Below are positions 56,309 to 64,000 of a stretch of 64,000 bases of DNA, piece after piece. The notes under the pieces were generated by a model. That model saw only the letters and a program-made list of their open reading frames with translations. It was not told the origin of the DNA and did not search any database. Each line of letters begins with the position of its first letter. Within the stretch, counting starts at the first letter, position 1. Both the position numbers and the translations under genes were made by a program. The stretch is from Rhynchopus sp. YZ270_cl-10. Lineage: Eukaryota. The stretch lies in the NCBI GenBank assembly GCA_964035575.1, contig OZ037836.1:62001-126000 (forward strand), written 5' to 3'.

Positions 56309-57205
56309 TCATTGTGCGTGTCTCTGTCGTTTGCGGGCTTGATCGGGGGATTCGTCTCTGCTGCGTTTCACCTGTGCTTCAACCGCAAGATGCCTCAGAT
56401 CCTTGCTCTCCCTTACCTTCTTCAGCACAGCACTGCTGCAGCCGGAAAGGTAAATACTCTTCAACGAAGTGCAGTTCTTAGCAAAATCCGAAGCTACGGA
56501 CTCAACCATGTTAAGTGGTGTCAGATCAAGGGTGGTTAAAGATGTGCAGTCGTAAAGAAAGCAACTCCAAATCCTGGTAACGTTGCTGAGTGGTGTCAGA
56601 TCCAGGGTGGTTAAAGAATTGCAGCCGTAAAGAAAGAAATCGCCAATCGCCGTAACGTTGCTGAGTGGTGTCAGATCCAGGGTAGTTAAAGATTCGCAGT
56701 CGTAAAGAAAGCTACTGCCAATCACCGTCACATTGCTTAACCCAGAGAGGTCGATGCTTGTCAACGAGGTGCACATGTAGAGAAAGTCGTCGCCAATCTG
56801 TGTCACAATGGACACAGCACTCAGATCAAGTGTTGTTAACGATGCCTCCCTCAAGAACCCATCAGGAATGACAGTCGCAACCTCCGCCTGCAGAAGCAAA
56901 CACGCAACCTCAGGATCCTCCACCTCCTCCAACCGCTCTGCAGTGATGTCCGTCTCACCCAACGCATGAAGTGCTGCTATGGCTTCGTGCTTCTGTGTTT
57001 TTGTGAGGATGATTGTGTCACCAGCACTCAGCTGCGTCATGTCCGCTCCTTCTCCCATCGCTTCGTTTCCGAAACTCATGCAAAAGCTGTCTTCAGGCAA
57101 CCCCATTGCAGACGCCACCTTCCGCCGCAAGTCCTCCACTGTGTCATCTGCACCCACCTCGACTGTGTGTTGATTCGCTCTGAAATCCTCAAAGTGCACG
57201 TCCAT
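56309..57205 (-). CDS. Ubiquitin-like + LRR protein with C-terminal bipartite NLS-like motif
   Basis: MDVHFEDF...DDTVEDLRRKVASAMGLP; LRR LTTLDLTPLSNVTxIGxxFLYxC; ends KRSRDESPDQARKRQRHAQ. Confidence 0.88.
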   Translation of the reverse strand: MDVHFEDFRANQHTVEVGADDTVEDLRRKVASAMGLPEDSFCMSFGNEAMGEGADMTQLSAGDTIILTKTQKHEAIAALHALGETDITAERLEEVEDPEVACLLLQAEVATVIPDGFLREASLTTLDLSAVSIVTQIGDDFLYMCTSLTSIDLSGLSNVTVIGSSFLYDCESLTTLDLTPLSNVTAIGDFFLYGCNSLTTLDLTPLSNVTRIWSCFLYDCTSLTTLDLTPLNMVESVASDFAKNCTSLKSIYLSGCSSAVLKKVRESKDLRHLAVEAQVKRSRDESPDQARKRQRHAQ

Positions 57206-58813
57206 TTGTTTGTTGTGATTTTGTGTTCTGAGCTCTGTGTGCGGTGGTGGGGTGCGGAAGACAAGACAAGAAATACCCACTGTTGCAGGGTTTCAACACT
57301 GAAAAAATGTTCGTCATTGTTGGAGTTTTCGGAAGTGCCAGCTCTGGCTGGGGTCCGCCTCCCCGTGGGTGAGGCTATGTGGAGCAAATCCCTGCGCCGC
57401 TGATCTGGGAGAACGAAATGAATAATTCTATTGCTGCTAAGACTGTGCTGTGTATGCACCCCAATGCGAGGTTTGCATCTGACATGCCCTCCACCCTCTC
57501 CACCCTCCGCTCCCTCTCATCAATCAAATGAACAGCATCATTGCAGACACAGGGTCATTAGGTCAGACTCCGGCTGGAAAACAAAAGGTGATAAATCCAC
57601 AAAGATGCGTGGCTAATTTAGAGGACAAGAAAAATAACGCATTTTATCTTTTCCTTTTTTTTCCAATATATGTTCTTATACGTTACTTACCAACGTCATT
57701 CCTGAGAGAAGAGGCAAAGGCAAAGAAGCCAACGTTTCCCGATCACATCCACCACCCAACCCCCTCAGATGGGCCACAGGAATGACCCGTTCTGCAACCT
57801 CATCCACTCCCACCACACACCAGCGTCGTCGAGGAAACGGAAGTAGCGACGCACTTCCACCTGGACCACCACCTGGAAGAAGCCGCAACGTAGTTCACCA
57901 ATCCTCCGCACCTCCCGTGCATAATGGGTAGCTGATGTCAGGGTTCACCTTGGTTCTGTTGACGACCCCCTGGAATTCCTTGGTGGAGTGTCACCACGCT
58001 GGCACCCTTTGCACGGACGGCTTCAGGGGAGTAGCATGGCGTGCCCTAGCCGACCTCGAAGTTGCGTACCCCCCACAGTGCTTTGCCATGTCCAGAGGCT
58101 TCGCTGTGAGGATTGAAGAGAAGAGAACGATTGCTGTGCTCTCCCTGCCTGTACGCAGTCCTGAGGGGGTGAGGCGGGTCCTGGAGGGTGGTGTGATCAG
58201 GACACTGTTCTTCCCTGCCACTGCTCCAACCCCACCCCACCGTACCGCACCCCAGGATTCAGGGAAGAACGGTACTGTCGTATAACCCTGGGAATAGAGT
58301 TGGCTGCTCCAGGCATCGCCAGGGCCTTGTTGTTATAATTCATGTCCTTTTTGTTGCCTCGGTGGTGCCACAGTTCTGAAATATCCAACGTCACCTTTTT
58401 TTGTAGATTGCTTTGTGTTCTTGGAAAAGGGGCCCTCAAATAAGCTCACCCCCACATAATAGTGGTTCTCCCAAGTAACCCTTTTTGTATCCCTAGCCTC
58501 CTGTCCCCCATCCCTCCGTTCTTTGAACAAGATGTGTGTGGGTGGATCCCATCCCTCTTCTCTTCTTCCCATTCTCCCTTCAAGGGAAGATCATGTGAAC
58601 ACAGGTCCGCTTCTAATCTAGGCAGACGTTATCCCAATCCTCCTGTCCCTCAACCCCTGCTTTATGCCTCCTATGTTTTTGTGTCTTATTTTGTTTTGCA
58701 AAGTGTGTGCAGACGAGTAGAGTAGGCAGTACCTACCGGCCCCCTTCCCAACCTCCCTTCATACCCTTCTTCCCGTCCTTCCCTTTATCCCCTCCCACCA
58801 GAACACCTCATCG

Positions 58814-59644
58814 TCATTGTGTGTGTCTCTGCCGTTTGTGGGCTTGCTCGGAGGATTCGTCTCTGCTGCGTTTCGGACGTGCCTCAATCACAAGATGCCT
58901 CAGCTCCTCGCTCTCCCTTACTGTGTTGGACACAGCACTGCTGCAGCCGGAAAGGTAAATACTCTTCAACGAAGCGTAGTTGCCAACAAAATCTGAACCT
59001 ACGGACTCAACCATGTTAAGTGGTGAGAGATCCAGGATCGTTAAAGAGTTGCAACCGTCAAGAAAGAAACTCTCTATACTCGTCACGCCGCTGAATGGCG
59101 TCAGATCCAGGGTGGTTAAACCTTCACAGCCGGAAAGAAAGCAACTGCCAATCGCCGTCACATTGCACAACCCAGACAGGTCGATGCTTGCCAACGAGGT
59201 GCACCCCTCTAGGAAGCAATCTCCAATCTGTGTCACAATGGACACAGCACTCAGATCAAGGTGCTTTAACCATGACACCGTCTTCCTCAAGAAGCTATCA
59301 GGAATGACAGTCGCAACCTCAGCCTGCAGAAGCAAACGCGCCACCTCATGATCCCTCACAGTCGACAACCTCTGTGGCGTCAGGTCTCTCTCACCCAACG
59401 CATGAAGCGCTGCTATGGCTTCTTGCTTCTTCGACTTCTTAGTCAGTATGATTGTGTCACCAGCACTCAGCTGCGTCATGTCCGCTCCTTCTCCCATCGC
59501 TTCGTCTCCGAAACTCATGCAAAAGCTGTCTTCAGGCAACCCCATTGCAGACGCCACCTTCCGCCGCAAGTCCTCCACTGTGTCATCTGCACCCACCTCG
59601 ACTGTGTGCTGGTTCGCTCTGAAATCCTCGAAGTGCACGTCCAT
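58814..59644 (-). CDS. Ubiquitin-like + LRR protein
   Basis: Same architecture with fewer LRRs; ends RPKRSRDESSEQAHKRQRHTQ. Confidence 0.88.
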   Translation of the reverse strand: MDVHFEDFRANQHTVEVGADDTVEDLRRKVASAMGLPEDSFCMSFGDEAMGEGADMTQLSAGDTIILTKKSKKQEAIAALHALGERDLTPQRLSTVRDHEVARLLLQAEVATVIPDSFLRKTVSWLKHLDLSAVSIVTQIGDCFLEGCTSLASIDLSGLCNVTAIGSCFLSGCEGLTTLDLTPFSGVTSIESFFLDGCNSLTILDLSPLNMVESVGSDFVGNYASLKSIYLSGCSSAVSNTVRESEELRHLVIEARPKRSRDESSEQAHKRQRHTQ

Positions 59645-60266
59645 TTGTTTGTTGTGGTTTTGTGTTCTGAGCTCTGTGTGTGGTGGTGGGGTATGGTTGT
59701 GATATAACACACGACGGAAGCTCCATAAGAAGGAAGAATACAAGCAGTGTGTTGAGGGGGTGACGTGGACCGGTAGCTGCGTGGGATGGAGCAGCAGGGG
59801 TGCTGGGGCTGTGTGCTTCAGGAACGGGAGGGAGACAAGATGAAGGCCTTCTGTTGCCACTGAGACGATAGGTGTACGGCAAGTGGATGTAGAACCATGA
59901 GCACTGGCAGCTCACGTGAGAATGTGGGATGACACTTAGGTCTCCTGAAGGCGTGCTCTACACGCGACAAAGCAGCCTGTTGTCGGCTGTTGCCTTAGCA
60001 CCCAAAGTGCTGTGGAAGATACAAAAGGTGCATGCATGAAGCATACACGCTGAACAGTACGGGGAAAGTGGTGCGTCAAAAGGGTCGTGTGTGAGAACAC
60101 AAAGTAGTTGGGGGAAACATCCAGTTTTTAGTTTTTGCTTGTTTGATGTACGAACACATGCATGCCCCAAACCTCCTGAATTCGCAATTGGAATGATATT
60201 TCTCTCCACTTTTCGGTGCTCTTCCCGTTGCAACTCACCAACCTTCCACCATGCGACACCTCTCTG

Positions 60267-61223
60267 CTAGCGGCACTGCTCAGGAGATTCGTCTCTGCCA
60301 CGTTTTGGACGTGCTTCAACCTTCAGACGTACTGAGTGGTGCGAATGGCGCCACGTGATAACCTTCGTAAGCGTGGGGGACACCTGATGCGCGTCTATTA
60401 CTGTTAGGCTGCTGCATTTAAAAAGAAACCCAAAACCAATTTGCGTAACATTGCTTAGCGGTGATAAGTCCAGCACTGTGATGCTGCTGCAGTTGGCAAG
60501 AAAGCCGCTACCTATTTGCGTAACATTGCTGAGTGGAGATAAGTCCACAACTGTGAGGCTGCTGCAGCTGTACAGAAACGAGCTACCTATTTGCGTAACG
60601 TTTCTGAGTGGTGATAAGTCTACTGCTGTGAGGCTCGTGGAGTTGGCAAGAAAGCTTCGGCCAATTCGCGTAACATGGCAGAAGGGTGGTAAGTCCAACA
60701 CTGTGAGGTTGCTGCAGTTGGCAAGAAAGCAGTCACCAATACGCGAGAGACCTGTCAACCCTGAGAGGTCGATGCTTGTTAACGATTCACACTTGAGAAG
60801 AAACCGATCGCCAATGTGCGTCACACACGACACAGCACTCAGATCAAGTGTTGTTAACGATGAACCCGACAAGAACCCATCAGGAATGACAGTCGCAACC
60901 TCCGCCTGCAGAAGCAAACACGCCACCTCAGGATCATCCACAGTGGCCAACGCCTCTGCCGTGATGTCTGTCACACCCAACGCATGAAGTGCTGCTATGG
61001 CTTCGTGCTTCTGCGTTTTCGCGAGGATGATTGTGTCACCAGCACTCAGCTGCGTCATGTCCGCTCCTTCTCCCATCGCTTCGTCTCCGAAACTCATGCA
61101 AAAGCCGTCTTCAGGCAACCCCGTTGCAGTCGCCACCTTCCGCCGCAAGTCCTCCACTGTGTCATCTGCACCCACCTCGACTGTGTGCTGATTCGCTCTG
61201 AAATCCTCGAAGTGCACGTCCAT
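60267..61223 (-). CDS. Ubiquitin-like + LRR protein (divergent LRR subtype)
   Basis: Same Ubl; LRRs LTVxDLSPLSNVTQIGxxFL; ends RPKRGRDESPEQCR. Confidence 0.88.
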   Translation of the reverse strand: MDVHFEDFRANQHTVEVGADDTVEDLRRKVATATGLPEDGFCMSFGDEAMGEGADMTQLSAGDTIILAKTQKHEAIAALHALGVTDITAEALATVDDPEVACLLLQAEVATVIPDGFLSGSSLTTLDLSAVSCVTHIGDRFLLKCESLTSIDLSGLTGLSRIGDCFLANCSNLTVLDLPPFCHVTRIGRSFLANSTSLTAVDLSPLRNVTQIGSSFLYSCSSLTVVDLSPLSNVTQIGSGFLANCSSITVLDLSPLSNVTQIGFGFLFKCSSLTVIDAHQVSPTLTKVITWRHSHHSVRLKVEARPKRGRDESPEQCR

Positions 61224-61829
61224 TTGTTTGTTGTGGTTTTGTGTTCTGAGCTCTGTGTGTGGTGGTGGGGTGTGGGAGGACAAGACAAGAAATACCCACT
61301 GTCGCAGGGTTTCAACCCTGAACAAATGCTCGAAAACGTCGTTATTGGCGTATTCTGCAGTTCCTCCGTTCGTTCGGTGGTTCTGGCTGGGGTCCGCCTC
61401 CCCGTGGGTGAGGCTATGTGGAGCTAATCCCTGCGCCGCTGATCTGGGAGAACGAAATGAATATTACTGCAAGTTGATGCCATCAAAGTAGATGTCCACA
61501 TGCGTGACACACGCCAATGAAGGCCTCTACGCAACCTCGACGTCCCTCTATCGTACTCTGCAGCGTCCACCTCTCCATGCCACAGCGTCTGCTGCCAGCA
61601 CGCACCATACTGCTCCTGTACATGCTCGTCAAGGTACGCAACCCCCTACGGCAGTCCAGTCATGGCAGTACCGCTGCTGTGGACCACGTAAGGCCATCCG
61701 TCAAGCAGGATCGCCCATCCAACGCCTTCAGTGCGTGCAGCTCTACTGCGTGGTTGCTCAGCTCCCGAATGGTGTAATAACAGTTGACGCGCACCCTCAG
61801 AGTGAGAGTGTGGTGTAGCCTACTACTCA

Positions 61830-62352
61830 GCCGGAGAGGTGGATGCTCTTCAACGAAGTGTACTGTTCAGCACGTAGCTCACCCATGTGCATGACTGTGC
61901 TGAGTGGGGATAAGTCAAGCACTGTGAGGCCTGTGCAGTTGGCAAGAAAGCAAGCATCAATTTTGATAAACATAACCAAGTGGCGACAAGTCTAGCTCTG
62001 TGAGGCTGCTATAGCCGTCGAGAAACCAACCATTAATGTCTGTAACATTACTGAGTGGTGACAAATCCAGCGCTGTGAGGCCGCTGCAGTCCTCAAGAAA
62101 GCTTTCGGCAATTTGCGTAAGGGTGATAAGTCCAGCTCTGTGAGGCCCCAGCAGTTGGCAAGAAAGCTTCCGTCTATTTGTGTAACGTTGCTGAGTGGCG
62201 ACAAGTCTAATACTGTGAGGCTGCTGCAGCCGTGAAGAAACCAATTACCTATTTTTGTAACATTGCTGAGTGATGTCAAGTCTAGCCCTGAGAGGCCGCT
62301 GCAGTGGTTCAGAAAGAATGCGCCGATGTGTGAAACTGTTTCGAGTGGTATC
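61830..62352 (-). pseudogene. Truncated, frameshifted LRR gene fragment
   Basis: LRR units are split across frames 61992..62435 and 61957..62244; no Ubl present. Confidence 0.75.
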
Positions 62353-62580
62353 CTATACAAGGACCGTGTCGGGACAAATGGGTGGTTGGGGTGTATCAGA
62401 CATAGTGTGTGCGTAGAGCGAGAAATGTGTTTCATAATGCAAAGTAAAAAGAGGGGAGAGGGATCACTCAGAGGGATGACTTCTTTTTGTTTGTGGTTTT
62501 GTGTTGTTTTTGTTGAAAACCTGACTGCAGTAGTGACATCTGAGGATAACGTCTAGTGTGCAAATGCTTTTCAGTTGTTT

Positions 62581-62758
62581 GAAAACATGGAAAAATCACG
62601 TGTCGCAACAGAATATATCCACGCCACGCCCTCCGCCAGCTTACTTCCATTTCGCGGTCTACGGTGAGATGTCCTACTCCCGCTACCGCTCGTCAGTCAA
62701 CGAAACGGGTATAATTGGAACACAAGGGAGCAAATCCTTGTGCGAAGTAAGTGACTCG
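62581..62758. mobile_element. 178-bp insertion with 7-bp target duplication
   Basis: GTTGTTT at 62574-62580 and 62759-62765. Empty site CAGTTGTTTCTTTG in spacer copies at ~39322, 42834 and 55790. Confidence 0.7.
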
Positions 62759-63053
62759 GTTGTTTCTTTGATTTGTATTTTTTGGGGTGATCTGGGGTCT
62801 TTTTTTTCAAGATTATTCACTAGCCATTCACAAAAATTCACAAAAATTCACGAAAACCCACACACCCGCGTATCACGTGTGTTTCCGCCTCGTTGTGAAT
62901 TTTTGTGATTTTTTTTTGGTTTTTGGTGTGGTACATAACCGATTACCCGTGTTTCAACCAGTTTAAACGACGGCATTTGCATTTCCGGAATCCACCCGGC
63001 CAGTGGTGGGGTCAATTTGCCGAAATGGACAAGTTCTCGTTTTTGGTCAATTT

Positions 63054-63514
63054 CACAGTACAGTATACACAGTATACACAGTATACACAGTATACACAGT
63101 ATACACAGTATACACAGTATACACAGTATACACAGTATACACAGTATACACAGTTTTCACAGTATACACAGTACAGTACAGTACAGTACAGTACAGTACA
63201 GTACAGTACAGTACAGTACAGTACAGTACAGTACAGTACAGTACAGTACAGTACAGTACAGTACAGTACAGTACAGTACAGTACAGTACAGTACAGTACA
63301 GTACAGTACAGTACAGTACAGTACAGTACAGTACAGTACAGTACAGTACAGTACAGTACAGTACAGTACAGTACAGTACAGTACAGTACAGTACAGTACA
63401 GTACAGTACAGTACAGTACAGTACAGTACAGTACAGTACAGTACAGTACAGTACAGTACAGTACAGTACAGTACAGTACAGTACAGTACAGTACAGTACA
63501 GTACAGTACAGTAC
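63054..63514 (+). repeat. (CAGTATACA)n followed by (CAGTA)n satellite
   Basis: About 12 9-mers then about 69 5-mers, read directly. Confidence 0.98.
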
Positions 63515-63792
63515 GCAAGTCGCACCCCCGTTATCGCACCGTCAGCTACAATGTGTCGTAGCGTTCCTGCCTCGTAATCTGTCAAAGTTTTGCTTCGGGT
63601 GAGAGCAAGGGTTTTCTCCCTATCCACCCCCGCTTCAATTCCCTTCAGGTTAGCTCTGCCTTTGCCATTGGCTTCGCAGTCGTCTTCGTACGTGAGAGTC
63701 GAATGAAGAACATCCGTTCTCGCACAACGTGGCCCAGTCTACCCAAGCTTACCGTCTTCACATCAACGATGCTCCCATCGTGCGTTTTCACC

Positions 63793-64000
63793 TTAGTCGT
63801 GTCTATCCACGTCCACGCAATTCTTAATTTTCGTGAGGATGATTGTGTCTCCAGCACTCAGCTGCGTGATGTCGTCTCCTTCGTCCTTCCCTCCGAAGCC
63901 CATGTGGAAGCTGTCCTCAGCCAACCCCACTGCAGACGCCACCTTCTGCCGCATCGTCTCCGTTGTGTCATCCACACCCACCTCGATCATGAACAAGTTG
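63793..64000 (-). pseudogene. Ubl-only fragment of the Ubl-LRR family (5' end runs off the window)
   Basis: IEVGVDDTTETMRQKVASAVGLAEDSF...QLSAGDTIILTK, followed by an early stop. Confidence 0.65.

Noticed and set aside
57780..58285. GC-richer segment as a gene or non-LTR retroelement fragment
   Set aside because: No recognisable motif in any frame; a translated search would be needed.
1..64000. tRNA, rRNA or spliced-leader RNA genes
   Set aside because: None recognised by eye; covariance-model searches were not run, so absence is not proven.

Overview
Repeat-rich eukaryotic DNA, probably from a protist. Intronless genes all on the minus strand and a VIPER/TATE-like retroelement suggest a euglenozoan, but this is inference. 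From left to right: (1) ~10.5 kb built from one ~750-bp non-coding element repeated head-to-tail and inserted into itself at A|TTT sites, bracketed by (GGGTTTGC)n tracts. (2) Two zinc-finger/RING genes. (3) A ~4.9-kb tyrosine-recombinase (YR) retrotransposon (gag/PHD, YR, RT-RNase H) with split direct repeats, inserted in a conserved motif upstream of the second RING gene; two solo terminal remnants lie further along. (4) Five DUF2431/Bmt5-like methyltransferase paralogues with shuffled N- and C-terminal modules. (5) A cluster of ubiquitin-like + LRR genes with a C-terminal NLS-like motif, split by a 3198-aa repetitive coiled-coil gene. MITEs, fold-back elements, a pogo-like deletion derivative and CAGTA-core satellites are scattered throughout. 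All family assignments come from motif recognition by eye; no searches were run.
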